This document shows positions 9,790-20,006 of a DNA stretch of 64,000 nt, piece by piece. The notes under the pieces are model-generated. The model saw nothing but the letters and a program-made list of their open reading frames with translations, was not told the DNA's origin and ran no database searches. Origin of the DNA: a virus (lineage: Duplodnaviria > Caudoviricetes); IMG/VR virus record IMGVR_UViG_3300020148_000032; one strand, 5' to 3'. Each line of letters starts with the position of its first letter. Position 1 is the stretch's first letter. The translations under genes and the position numbers were made by a program.

Positions 9790-10074
9790 TTAAAAAGGTG
9801 GGTCTTGCTTTATATCTGTCGCTAAACGTATAGCTAAAGAATAAAACTGCTCCATTTCTTTGAAAACAAATTCTTTATTAGACCAATAATTATTAAAAAA
9901 GCTTCGAATCCTCTCATATACAAAGGTGTTAAGAAGTGGATCCTGATACTTTTTCTCTAGATCATTGAGAAAGAGGTTCATGTTTTCCTCTAACCTTAGA
10001 TTCATCATAGGAGATTCATCATTCTTTTGAATAAGAGCGTTATATTTTTCTTCATATTTTTCATAGATTTCCAT
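9790..10074 (-). CDS. Hypothetical protein
   Basis: AAGGAG RBS before MEIYEK. Confidence 0.55.
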   Translation of the reverse strand: MEIYEKYEEKYNALIQKNDESPMMNLRLEENMNLFLNDLEKKYQDPLLNTFVYERIRSFFNNYWSNKEFVFKEMEQFYSLAIRLATDIKQDPPF

Positions 10075-10912
10075 TAGATACTCCTTTAAATTCAAATAAA
10101 AGAATTAGTGATGTTGGTAAATTTTTAACAGATTCATCAGTGCAATTAAGAATCATTAACATTTCATCTATATTGTATGAACTTTCGATAAATTCATCAA
10201 AATAATACACTAAAGAATCAAAAGTTTTTAAAGTATTAGAATATGTCACTAGGTTAAAATATATAAAATTAAAATTGTTATTAAAGAAATAATACTTTCT
10301 TGCTTTATTTAATAGCTCTTCATGAAATTCATTCTTATAATCTTTAAGCCAAAGGTGGGGATCCAACGTAAAAATACAATTATCTTTTAAATGTTTTAAA
10401 ATATAAATCCCGTCTTGCTCATTAAAATCATTTTGCAAGAAAATAGTAAAGATATTTTGCTGTAAAGTGAACTTGTTTTTACTTATATTTTGTTTTTCGT
10501 TAAGAGTAATATATCTAGAATAAATATTACTCATTTGAGCAACTATTTCTCCCGAATGGTCAAAAAAAGAATATGGATGTCTTGTGTAAGTTTCCAGAAC
10601 AGATTCTAGAAACTTAGTGAAATGCGAGATATCTGGTTTTTCTCCAGGGAGAGCCAAATTTTTATACTTTCGCAATAAATCAGCAAATAAATTCTGAGAT
10701 AACTCTGAGTCGAGGGTAGAAATGAAGAAGTGGAGTTTCTGATTTGATCTTTTCTTTATAAATTGAAGCAAATATTCTTTTTCATTTATTGGAATATCTT
10801 TAAGATATGTATTATTAGAGAGTTGTTTAATGTGTTTTGTTACTCTCCTGCGGTTAGACCATGGATATGTGAAATATTCCCATCGTGGAATAATCATGAA
10901 TTGATTATCCAA
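10061..10912 (-). CDS. Hypothetical protein, C-terminal LP-motif family
   Basis: Ends VKNLPTSLILLF. Confidence 0.6.
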   Translation of the reverse strand: MDNQFMIIPRWEYFTYPWSNRRRVTKHIKQLSNNTYLKDIPINEKEYLLQFIKKRSNQKLHFFISTLDSELSQNLFADLLRKYKNLALPGEKPDISHFTKFLESVLETYTRHPYSFFDHSGEIVAQMSNIYSRYITLNEKQNISKNKFTLQQNIFTIFLQNDFNEQDGIYILKHLKDNCIFTLDPHLWLKDYKNEFHEELLNKARKYYFFNNNFNFIYFNLVTYSNTLKTFDSLVYYFDEFIESSYNIDEMLMILNCTDESVKNLPTSLILLFEFKGVSNGNL

Positions 10913-11271
10913 TTATTCATATAATTCTTGTCAACAGAAGTCTTTAATTCGCCAACGAGAGTGACCGATGATGAAGAATTGAGGGTTTCTTTAACTGATA
11001 AATACTCTTCACTGTCTAGTAAGAGCTCATTTTCTGTAATGATGTTTCCACAATCAGAAGTTTTAAAGAAGAATGTGCGTCCACTAATGCTTGTCACTTC
11101 TTCTTCCCAATATGTAACAGAGCAAGTCACTACCCCCAAAGTGGAGTCCTCTGTAGTGACTTGCTCTGTTAATGTATTAAAGCTTTTGATGGAAATATAT
11201 CCTAAACCTACAACGAGAAGTGTGAAAAAGAGGGAGAGAAAGATTAACCTCTTGGTCTTGTTCTTCTTCAT
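10894..11271 (-). CDS. Membrane-anchored protein
   Basis: N-terminal TM; C...KTSDCG resembles 52683. Confidence 0.6.
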   Translation of the reverse strand: MKKNKTKRLIFLSLFFTLLVVGLGYISIKSFNTLTEQVTTEDSTLGVVTCSVTYWEEEVTSISGRTFFFKTSDCGNIITENELLLDSEEYLSVKETLNSSSSVTLVGELKTSVDKNYMNNWIINS

Positions 11272-11283
11272 GTAGATTTCACC

Positions 11284-11541
11284 TTAGAATAATTCATCAA
11301 AGAATTCGGCGATAGCCTCGTCAACAATTTCTGCACTAAAACTACCGCTTTTAGTGAAGAGAACAAGCAACGCTTGACCTTTATCATTAACTAGTACATC
11401 AAACTTTACTGGTTCTGATGAATCAAAACTTGGTCCAACACTTACAGAAATTAATGATTCGTGCCCTTTGAGGGTTTCTCGACCAAGGGCTCTATTAATT
11501 GCACCAATCGCGTTGACTGCTGTTACAATGGGTTTAGGCAT
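11284..11541 (-). CDS. Hypothetical protein
   Basis: AAGGAGG RBS. Confidence 0.65.
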   Translation of the reverse strand: MPKPIVTAVNAIGAINRALGRETLKGHESLISVSVGPSFDSSEPVKFDVLVNDKGQALLVLFTKSGSFSAEIVDEAIAEFFDELF

Positions 11542-11594
11542 AAAAAACCTCCTTCAATGAGATTATTATAACCACAATAATAGAAGTTTTTACA

Positions 11595-11616
11595 AAGGGT
11601 GAGAATTCTCACCCTT
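11595..11616. terminator. Perfect 22-bp palindrome (terminator or operator)
   Basis: AAGGGTGAGAATTCTCACCCTT downstream of the adhesin gene. Confidence 0.55.
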
Positions 11617-11653
11617 CGGCGGAAAGCGTGAATGTCTTTAGCGGTCACGTAGT

Positions 11654-14600
11654 TCATAATCGCTTAGTCTTTCTTAAAGACAATAATGATCCCGTTCCTA
11701 TTAATATCAAGATACTAGAGATAAATATCATGTCATAGAGAGAGCTACCAGTCACAGGATGAGCAGTAGGTCTATCAGTTGGAACATTAGTGTTAGTTGG
11801 GTTATCAACTGGAGTCGGATCACTCGGGTTTGTTGGATTCGTTGGGTCAACAGGGTCATTAGGGTCTGTTGGGTCAGTAGGGGTCGAAGTTGTTATGAAA
11901 GGCATAACAGCACCTACTTGATCACACTGATCCTCAATAATTTGTTCTGGGTCAGATGAACATGTCATATTTCCAAGAACTCCAGAAAGAGTAAGTAACG
12001 CACCTGGGTCAGTAGGATAATCAGGTTGAATCTTACCATTAGGGAGAATTTCCTGAATTGGAGTTTCTACACCTGAATACCACCCTTGAACAAGTAAGTT
12101 TTCTTGAGTTGTAGGCAAAGTAGATTGTGTATAAACAGTTGAATCAAAGTTTACTACCATGCTTGTACCTGGGAATAACCCTTCAACTGGAATAGTAACA
12201 TATGTTCTTTCAGAATCTCTAGAAATCACTGGTGTAATTTCAACATCAGAACTATTGAGGTCATACATTAGGTATTTTCTTGGACTAGTTCTATAACTTG
12301 CCCAACCTCCATTAGAATACATTTGTTGGTAGATATCCCATATTGCATGTATTGACATTGAATAAGTAGCGTCAGTTCCAAGAAGATAAAGTTCTCCTTC
12401 TGAAGAGATATAACTTCCAATGACAGAGCTAGCGATAAATCCAAAATTAGAAGCTTTAATATTCTCCCCCGTTTTAGTGTTTGTAATAAACTCCCCTTCT
12501 TTCATAGTGAAATATTCATTACCCTCAAACCAGAAACCATATGACTCCCAGTTATAATAACCATCGACAAAAATTGCCTCTCCTGAAGAGTTAGTTGCAT
12601 AAACGAACCTGTTGTTAGAAGGGTACTCATTAGATGCTTTCAAATCAGTCATTGATGAGAAGTCAGTGTCTTCATACTTCTTTAACAAATTACCATTAAT
12701 GTCAATTTCAAGAAGTTCATTGTTAGCAAGAATGTATCCATTGTCTATCCAGAACCCGAATCTATTTCTGAAAACAAACATATCAGTTATTTTCAAAACT
12801 TTATTCTCATAGGATAACAAAGTAGGGTTATCAAACGAGTAGAAAACGAACATGCTCCCGCCATCATTAGGAGTTACGTCTCCATATTCTACAATTGGAT
12901 TATTTTTTCCTACATATACATAACCATCGTCTGTTACAAAATATGTTTTATTTGAAGTTGGATAGATAGCAGAATAATGCTTTGAATCATCAAGTATTGA
13001 TTTTTGTGGAGTTGAATAACTAATTGAAGTTCCTGTTTCTGTATAAATTGGAGAATTAACTGAACCCCAAGCCCATATTCCTCCATTAACATCAGTAGCA
13101 AGAATTGATGTGTTCCCCCAGTTTATAGCCACAAAAACATTATCAACAGTAATTGGGGTGCCATTATCATCAATGACTAATCCAAACAGTTCATACATTC
13201 CAAGACCAGAACCTCTACCTAATAGGTCTCCACCATAACCGCCAGAGAGACTAAGAGGGTTTGTTCCAGACCAAAGATTATTGTTCAAATCAAGGACAAA
13301 CAAGTCTCCCGCACCGTCACTGTAAACATTTTTACCAGTTAATTGAACGTTATTGTAATCTACAAGTGGAGCAATATTGTCTGAATTGTCAGCATCTTCA
13401 AACATTCCATTGACTGATAAGACCCACACCTTATCGTCAGTGTCTATAGCGTAATACATTCCGTATTCTGCAGAATCAATGATATCCTTGAACTTCATTG
13501 ATGCTGTTGGGGTCCAGATTACTGGTTCTATTTTTGGATCTCCAAGGAAATCATTACCCAAATAATAAAGTCGTCCGTTCTCGTCTAGAAGCAAACTAGT
13601 ATTATTTCCAGAAAGAGTTTCTTTCCACTTTATTTCATTAGTAGTTGTTGCCATAATAGTGTCATTAGTTCCAAATACGATATCTGGAGTATTAATGTTG
13701 ACATTAAGATCACCAGTAAGAGGTTTGTTTCCATTATTCGTAATTGTTACTGACCAATTAGCGGAACAAGAGTCATCGGCTGTAGCAGCAGAACAATTAG
13801 AGTCAATAGTTGATACATCAACACTAGGGTCATAATTAGCGCGCTTAAAACCAACTTGTGTTCCGAATGAATTACCTGGGGTTGCAGTAACCGTGAAAAC
13901 ATTTGAAGGTAATGCTCCATCGATCATATTGATAAATTTTCTATAACTAGAATATGCTACGTCTTCATATAATTGGTTACCCCAACGGTCAAGACCCAAA
14001 GTATCACCACTTGGAGGACTAACAACAATTGTATATTCTCCTTGTGGTACTGATGTTGAATACGATCCATCACTGGCTGTAAGTAAAGTAATATATGGAG
14101 CAATAGAGCTATCTGGAATAGAATCATAAAGTCCAGTATAAATACTTATTGGAACATTAGGTATTTGCGGGTCGCTTGCGCTCCATCTTCCATTAAGATC
14201 ATCATCCCAGTAAACATCACCTGAAATATTATAAGTGTCTGCAATCATATATACAGGTTGTGGTCTTTCTATAGTTCTTGTTCCTCCATTGACTACAGTA
14301 GGTCCAGTCCAAAGGACAAAAGAGTCACCAGGTTGAGAATCTGCACCTTGGCTCATCGTTATTCGTAATTGAGCTGCGGTACTTAAAGTAGAAGAAGCAT
14401 CAGCAGGAACAAATACTCTTAATGCTGTTGCTTGGTCAAGAGTTGGATTTCCAAAGAGTCCAGCATCACTTACTAGATACCAGCTAGAATCTGCAGGGTT
14501 AAAAGTAGGGAGAATGTCAGTCGTAAAATAAAGTTCAGCATTCGTACTACTATTGCTCATATCTAGATATGCTGATGATAGTGTTGGCTTGTTAGTGAAC

Positions 14601-17011
14601 GAGCTCTCAGTCGGTCCAAAATATGTTGAACTGTTTGCATAAGAGAGAAGATATTGATTATCTCCTTCTTGTGGAAGAATAAAGACTGTTTCTAGAGATT
14701 GTTGAGTTGAAGAGTTAAGAGTAATAAGACTTGCATCATATGAGAAATCTTCCCCCAAGTTAACACGGTTATTTTCGAGAGGGAAATCATCCTCATGTAC
14801 TGAAACGATATCTTCAGTTTGAGTGAATACTCGCACTGGAGCGCTGGTTCCCACCATTTCTGGATAATCTGCATCATTCATGTTAAAAGTAGCAGTATAC
14901 GAAACATAGTAATAGCTCTTTAAGGTAGCGTTTGGTGTCACACTTACTCTTGGGAGAGAAATATCTGCACTTTCGTTGGCACCTCCTGGTGGCATCCAGT
15001 TTGAAAGAGTGAAGTCGATAATGTATCCAGTGCTGTCAGAGCTTCCACAAATTTTCCCATCAGATCCAGGGATTGGGTCTTGAATAGTATAACTCCATGT
15101 TTGTTGAGAATTTTGAGCATTGTTGACAACAAGCGTGTCTCGGTTAACTACTGGGAGAGATACACAAGGGTCTAATTCATAACGCAAAGTAGGAGAATAT
15201 TCCTTATTTGGAGTAACACCATAAAGCGATAATTGTCCAGAAGGCCCATTATTCAAAGTTTGATTACCAGCAATAATGTCTCTATTGTTCCATGTAAGGA
15301 GGGGATATACATAGATACCTTGGCTTGCAGGGTAATCAAGAACAACAGTGTTCTGAAGAATATTAGAAGTGTAATATCCACTTGTTGTACCTGCTAATAA
15401 TTGGTATGAAGAAACAGTTGAGGTTTCGCCAGGAACAAGAACTGAACTTATTTCAGAAGCGCTCTTATTTGTAATACCAATGTAAACATGCGAGTAACCA
15501 ACATAGTCAAATGTTTCTAATGTCTCATGAGGAATAACGATTCTTTCAACAACAGCAGTTGAATCTGGAGTTCCAGTCACCCAACCAGTGTTATTAGAAG
15601 CATCAAGTATCTCAGAGTTTGACTTGGGAGTAGAACTCCATTGTCTTATATAGAGGTCAGAAGTAAGAACTTGATCATTCAAAGTAATTTCTGGAACATT
15701 TGAATTTTCTTCAAGAGTTTGGATAGAAGGGTTAAGGAGCGAGACTGAGTACACTAATGCATAATCAGTGTTGGGGTTGTTTCCATAATTTGTAAAGTCC
15801 GCAAGATTTTCAAAGTGAGCGTACATTTCAGTGGATGGTGCGACCTCCCTTAAATATTCTGTGATTTCAACATCCGAACCACCAGTGATGTTTCTTTGAT
15901 TGAAAATACTAACAGTTGGGTCACTAGGTGTTGCTATACTGAATGCTGTTGGAACCCCACTATAGGTTGTTTCATTCCTAAAGTTTTCAACATAAGTCCA
16001 GTCATTATTTAAGAAGTATGTACCTTCTGAAGAGCCCATTTCGTTATTATGTGTTGAATCATTTCCTGATAAACCGTCTCCCGGTTGAGTTCCAGTTCCA
16101 TTATTGGGATAGAGAGGGTTTACAGTAAAACTAGTTGGATCAACATTAATATGTAAAGCATATGATCCATTAAATTCGGGAAGTACAGCCTTTAAATATT
16201 GTGATTGTCCTGAGTTTTCAGAAATTGGGAGTAATCCATTATTTGGGAATATTTGTAATGAATATTCGCCATTATTGTCTTTGACAAACCATTGTGTAGC
16301 TGCTGGCATTTCAGTTACATCAAGAGTTCCAGACCAAGGTCCACCAGTGCTTGACCCCTTAGTGTTATTAGTTCCACCTACTTTTAGAGCAACTGGGCGT
16401 ATCTCAAAGAATTGATCAAGACTCCCATAGGTCGTGCCTCCGCCAGAAAGAATTAAATCAGCATAAGGTTGTGAAGTAATAGTAGTGTTGTCAAGCTCTA
16501 CAATATTTTCAGTAGAATTCAAGGACGTTTTTATTGAAACTGAAGCGACTTCACTCAAGGTTAAACCATGGGTATCCTCAGCCTTTAATGTAAGGGTGTA
16601 TGTAGAATTCTTTTCTTGATTCCTTACGAGAGTTTCAGTCCACACTTGTGGGTTTACTACAGTAAAGAATTCGCTATTCTGAGGAGTAATAGTCACTGTT
16701 CTAGCGTCCCCAGGGAGATAATGTACGTTAAGTGTATATTGTACAGTATCTCCACTGGTGACTACATTATCGTGCGGATCATCATCACCGACCTCAAAAC
16801 CATTCGCAGTCGTAATATAAGTCTGTCGGTCTGTACCGTGTCCAGTACCGTCAAAGTCTTTATTGAAAGTTATTTCGACTTGAGCGGTAGTGTCAGTATA
16901 AGCATGACCCTTTAATAAACTAGTTGGGATTATTAATAGTACTAGCAGACTTGCAAGAATAAAAGCCGGGACTTTTATGGCATTGCTGAAAACGTTTTGA
17001 GTATTCTTCAT
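11654..17011 (-). CDS. Large cell-wall-anchored surface protein (SdrD B-like domain, RCC1-like repeats, LPXTG-like anchor)
   Basis: Signal peptide; ISGDVYWDDDLNG; LLDENGRLY, AIDTDDKVW and ATDVNGGIWAWG repeats; DPT/NPT linker; HPVTG + TM + RKTKR. Confidence 0.85.
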   Translation of the reverse strand: MKNTQNVFSNAIKVPAFILASLLVLLIIPTSLLKGHAYTDTTAQVEITFNKDFDGTGHGTDRQTYITTANGFEVGDDDPHDNVVTSGDTVQYTLNVHYLPGDARTVTITPQNSEFFTVVNPQVWTETLVRNQEKNSTYTLTLKAEDTHGLTLSEVASVSIKTSLNSTENIVELDNTTITSQPYADLILSGGGTTYGSLDQFFEIRPVALKVGGTNNTKGSSTGGPWSGTLDVTEMPAATQWFVKDNNGEYSLQIFPNNGLLPISENSGQSQYLKAVLPEFNGSYALHINVDPTSFTVNPLYPNNGTGTQPGDGLSGNDSTHNNEMGSSEGTYFLNNDWTYVENFRNETTYSGVPTAFSIATPSDPTVSIFNQRNITGGSDVEITEYLREVAPSTEMYAHFENLADFTNYGNNPNTDYALVYSVSLLNPSIQTLEENSNVPEITLNDQVLTSDLYIRQWSSTPKSNSEILDASNNTGWVTGTPDSTAVVERIVIPHETLETFDYVGYSHVYIGITNKSASEISSVLVPGETSTVSSYQLLAGTTSGYYTSNILQNTVVLDYPASQGIYVYPLLTWNNRDIIAGNQTLNNGPSGQLSLYGVTPNKEYSPTLRYELDPCVSLPVVNRDTLVVNNAQNSQQTWSYTIQDPIPGSDGKICGSSDSTGYIIDFTLSNWMPPGGANESADISLPRVSVTPNATLKSYYYVSYTATFNMNDADYPEMVGTSAPVRVFTQTEDIVSVHEDDFPLENNRVNLGEDFSYDASLITLNSSTQQSLETVFILPQEGDNQYLLSYANSSTYFGPTESSFTNKPTLSSAYLDMSNSSTNAELYFTTDILPTFNPADSSWYLVSDAGLFGNPTLDQATALRVFVPADASSTLSTAAQLRITMSQGADSQPGDSFVLWTGPTVVNGGTRTIERPQPVYMIADTYNISGDVYWDDDLNGRWSASDPQIPNVPISIYTGLYDSIPDSSIAPYITLLTASDGSYSTSVPQGEYTIVVSPPSGDTLGLDRWGNQLYEDVAYSSYRKFINMIDGALPSNVFTVTATPGNSFGTQVGFKRANYDPSVDVSTIDSNCSAATADDSCSANWSVTITNNGNKPLTGDLNVNINTPDIVFGTNDTIMATTTNEIKWKETLSGNNTSLLLDENGRLYYLGNDFLGDPKIEPVIWTPTASMKFKDIIDSAEYGMYYAIDTDDKVWVLSVNGMFEDADNSDNIAPLVDYNNVQLTGKNVYSDGAGDLFVLDLNNNLWSGTNPLSLSGGYGGDLLGRGSGLGMYELFGLVIDDNGTPITVDNVFVAINWGNTSILATDVNGGIWAWGSVNSPIYTETGTSISYSTPQKSILDDSKHYSAIYPTSNKTYFVTDDGYVYVGKNNPIVEYGDVTPNDGGSMFVFYSFDNPTLLSYENKVLKITDMFVFRNRFGFWIDNGYILANNELLEIDINGNLLKKYEDTDFSSMTDLKASNEYPSNNRFVYATNSSGEAIFVDGYYNWESYGFWFEGNEYFTMKEGEFITNTKTGENIKASNFGFIASSVIGSYISSEGELYLLGTDATYSMSIHAIWDIYQQMYSNGGWASYRTSPRKYLMYDLNSSDVEITPVISRDSERTYVTIPVEGLFPGTSMVVNFDSTVYTQSTLPTTQENLLVQGWYSGVETPIQEILPNGKIQPDYPTDPGALLTLSGVLGNMTCSSDPEQIIEDQCDQVGAVMPFITTSTPTDPTDPNDPVDPTNPTNPSDPTPVDNPTNTNVPTDRPTAHPVTGSSLYDMIFISSILILIGTGSLLSLRKTKRL

Positions 17012-17056
17012 TTTTCTCTCTCAAGATCTTACGATGATAGAAAGAAATATCAAAAG

Positions 17057-18055
17057 TTATATTGTTTTAATCACTAACTTTGGAGCGTCAGAGTTAAGAG
17101 TTAAATAATAAATGTGTTCATTTTCCTCTAACTCGTTAATCTTTGTAAGAGAAATAACAAATCCTAATCTTTCGAGAAGGTTGATATGGGCTCTATTAGA
17201 ACTCCAGCTACTGACAAGGAAGGACTTACCCTCATTTTCTTTAATAAGTTCTTTGTAAAGATTTAACCCAAAGCCTTCACGTCTGCGGTCTTTATTAACA
17301 GCAATAAAGTGAATTGCTACGTCAATCTTAGTTCTTCTTAAAGAAGTGTTAATTGGGTTTTCTTCATAGATGAGAACTCCAATTGGTTTCTCATCTTCAC
17401 AAACAATGAGGGAAGAGTATTCTTTTACATTTTCAAGAACTTTGAGAATTGAACCTCCGGCTCTTGCTTTTTCTTGTGTAAGTTTTAACCTCTTGTTAAT
17501 TGGTGGGTTGAAATCGTCATTATTTTCTTCAAGTAAACCAGCAATGAGATTAATAGTTTTCTCATCGTATTCTTTTGGAGAGACATGTTTGTAAGTAATT
17601 ATTTTTTCTGACAAATCGTTCACTTTTTCTTGCGTGTCCTTTATTGTAGTGTTATTAGATGTTTGTGAATATTTAGCAATGAGTACTCCTAACAAGTATC
17701 CTGGTAGAGTGCTTGAGAGTGCAATTCCTTGGAATATTAGAAATATTGCTAGAAGTGGAGATATTAGTGAAAATATTGGAGCTATTATAATAAATGTAAT
17801 GTATGGAAAAAATATTAACCCTAAACTTGCTTCCTTCCGCGCTTCTATGATTGTTGAGCCTAATAAAGCGGCTATTGCTGAGTATGCGAAGAATACGCAT
17901 AACATGAAAAGAAACCCGTCTTTAGAACCTAATGCAATAAGGGAAAATGTTTGTAGAAAAAAGGCTAGCGTTGTTACTATGTAGAGAGAAAAAGTTGCAA
18001 TCCATGCATGTGGAGTTTCTTTTACTTCAATTAGCCAATTTTTAATCTGTTCCAT
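17057..18055 (-). CDS. Membrane protein with C-terminal GNAT acetyltransferase
   Basis: About 4 TM helices, then IAVNKDRRREGFG and N...LLERLGF. Confidence 0.8.
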   Translation of the reverse strand: MEQIKNWLIEVKETPHAWIATFSLYIVTTLAFFLQTFSLIALGSKDGFLFMLCVFFAYSAIAALLGSTIIEARKEASLGLIFFPYITFIIIAPIFSLISPLLAIFLIFQGIALSSTLPGYLLGVLIAKYSQTSNNTTIKDTQEKVNDLSEKIITYKHVSPKEYDEKTINLIAGLLEENNDDFNPPINKRLKLTQEKARAGGSILKVLENVKEYSSLIVCEDEKPIGVLIYEENPINTSLRRTKIDVAIHFIAVNKDRRREGFGLNLYKELIKENEGKSFLVSSWSSNRAHINLLERLGFVISLTKINELEENEHIYYLTLNSDAPKLVIKTI

Positions 18056-18120
18056 AATAAGTACTCCTTTGTCATTTACGATAATGACAGTAAAAATAAT
18101 ATCAGATTATAACTTTCTTA

Positions 18121-18573
18121 TTACGAAAAATTTTTGTCAATGACAAGTATAGAATTTATTTTTCCAAGAGAAAGATAATCTAAAAGAACTCTATTCTCAT
18201 GAAGATTGACATTACGACAATCAAAAACAAAAACAGTTTTCTTATCATTAACAATTAAAGAATTGAGTTCTCTCATAGTTTCTTGAACATTTTTAAGATC
18301 TTTAAGAACTGTTGTGTAGCCAGAACTTTCAAGAGAATTTACTAAACTTTTTAAAGACTCTCTCTTACTCTTTAATGAAAGAACCTGGTGATGTTCCCCT
18401 AACGCTTCAACTTCTGTTCGATGATACTGGCCGCCCGAAAGAAGAGGGTGCAAAATATCTTTTACAAGTAAAAAGTTTCTAAGATTATTGTCTTCAGGGT
18501 AGAATACTTCAGAAATGTCTACGCGAGGGTTCGTAACAGTTTGTCGAGAGAAAAAAGAGAGAATGTTTCTCAT
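18121..18573 (-). CDS. Hypothetical protein
   Basis: AAGGAG RBS. Confidence 0.6.
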   Translation of the reverse strand: MRNILSFFSRQTVTNPRVDISEVFYPEDNNLRNFLLVKDILHPLLSGGQYHRTEVEALGEHHQVLSLKSKRESLKSLVNSLESSGYTTVLKDLKNVQETMRELNSLIVNDKKTVFVFDCRNVNLHENRVLLDYLSLGKINSILVIDKNFS

Positions 18574-18684
18574 AAGAGGCTCCTTACATTTAAGAAAAAT
18601 ATCAAATATTATTTAATTCTTAGTTTGATTTCTTAGAGTTCTCGTGTATAATTTTCTTATTACATACTACGAACGGAGTTCATC

Positions 18685-19428
18685 ATGAAGGTCTTGAAGC
18701 GAATCCTCATCATGTTCGCTCTTGGTGTTGTCATCTTCAATATCCTAATCTTCATGATTGCGTCCTCTCACACTTCATACAAGGCTCCGACTTCTAATGA
18801 TCGTGTTATCAATCAGATCGAAGACTTTCAGAATTCTGATGAATATATTGCTGCCACTGATGCGGTGAACGAGTTCATCGACTCTCTTGAATCTATTATT
18901 CCTCAGGATAACGTTTCTGAAGCTCCCTCGATTAACTTGGTTGACGAAACTCACGAGGGTTACACTCGTGGTGCGTTTGGAGATTCTTGGGTTGATGTTG
19001 ACAACAACTCTTGCTCTACCCGAGATGATGTTCTTCAGCGTGATTTGACTAACATTATTCTTGATGGAAATTGTAAGGTTGTTGAAGGCGATCTCGTTGA
19101 CCCGTATTCTGGAGTAAACCTTCACCACATTTACGGTGAGTCCTCCATTGATATTGACCACATTGTTCCTCTCGCCTACGCTTGGGACCACGGAGCATAT
19201 GCATGGTCTGATGCAGAGCGGATTGCATTCGCTAACGATATGGAGAACCTCCTTGCTGTTTCGGCTTCCGAGAACCGATCGAAGGGCGCGAGCGGTCCTA
19301 GCGAGTACATGCCTTCGAATAATGACTACAAGTGCCAGTACGCAACTAATTTTCTCAACATTGTGACGAAGTACTCTCTCACCATGACCCAGGATGATTA
19401 CAATGTTGCTCAGTCCGCATGTTCGTAA
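18685..19428 (+). CDS. Secreted HNH endonuclease (DUF1524)
   Basis: TRDDVLQRD, DPYSG, IDIDHIVPL..AW, FANDMENLLAVSASENRSKG. Confidence 0.9.
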   Translation: MKVLKRILIMFALGVVIFNILIFMIASSHTSYKAPTSNDRVINQIEDFQNSDEYIAATDAVNEFIDSLESIIPQDNVSEAPSINLVDETHEGYTRGAFGDSWVDVDNNSCSTRDDVLQRDLTNIILDGNCKVVEGDLVDPYSGVNLHHIYGESSIDIDHIVPLAYAWDHGAYAWSDAERIAFANDMENLLAVSASENRSKGASGPSEYMPSNNDYKCQYATNFLNIVTKYSLTMTQDDYNVAQSACS

Positions 19429-19441
19429 GGTTTAAAAAGAA

Positions 19442-19804
19442 TTGAATAAGAAAATTTCCCTTCTTCTTCTTAGTTCTTTATCATTTGTCTTTTTTATCTC
19501 TACCCTCAACATGACACATGAGTCAGAAATCCTTTACAAGGAGAGTTCGTACTCTTTCTTTAAAGTTTATGGAACTTCTTCTCGCTGGGCCTACCTTTCT
19601 CAAGATACTTTAGATTATGTAACATGCGAGAGAGAAGAAAACGTATACGAGTGTGTCTCTTCTGATTGGGTTTTTTCATACCAAGCGGACCATGATGGGA
19701 ATAATATTAAGGCACCTGTCCTCACTGGTCCCGAAGGGATGAAATGTGGGGCAAGAAATAATGCGGATAGTATTGATTTCATCTGCTTAACTCCTGTAGA
19801 TTAG
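19442..19804 (+). CDS. Hypothetical secreted protein
   Basis: Signal/TM, paired Cys. Confidence 0.5.
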   Translation: MNKKISLLLLSSLSFVFFISTLNMTHESEILYKESSYSFFKVYGTSSRWAYLSQDTLDYVTCEREENVYECVSSDWVFSYQADHDGNNIKAPVLTGPEGMKCGARNNADSIDFICLTPVD

Positions 19805-20006
19805 GAGCTAAGAGGACTTTACGGTAAAAGTGAATCAATATACACTAAGGGCGGGGAGCCTTTTAAACTGAGATTTCTCGCCCTTAAATGTTCTTAAAGA
19901 AGCCCGTCGCGCACTTTAACCGAATGATCGAATTAATAGTGTATGATTTGAGTTCTTCATTAGAGTCAGAAATTTTTACTCCTGAATCATAAATAATCGA
20001 GTTTCT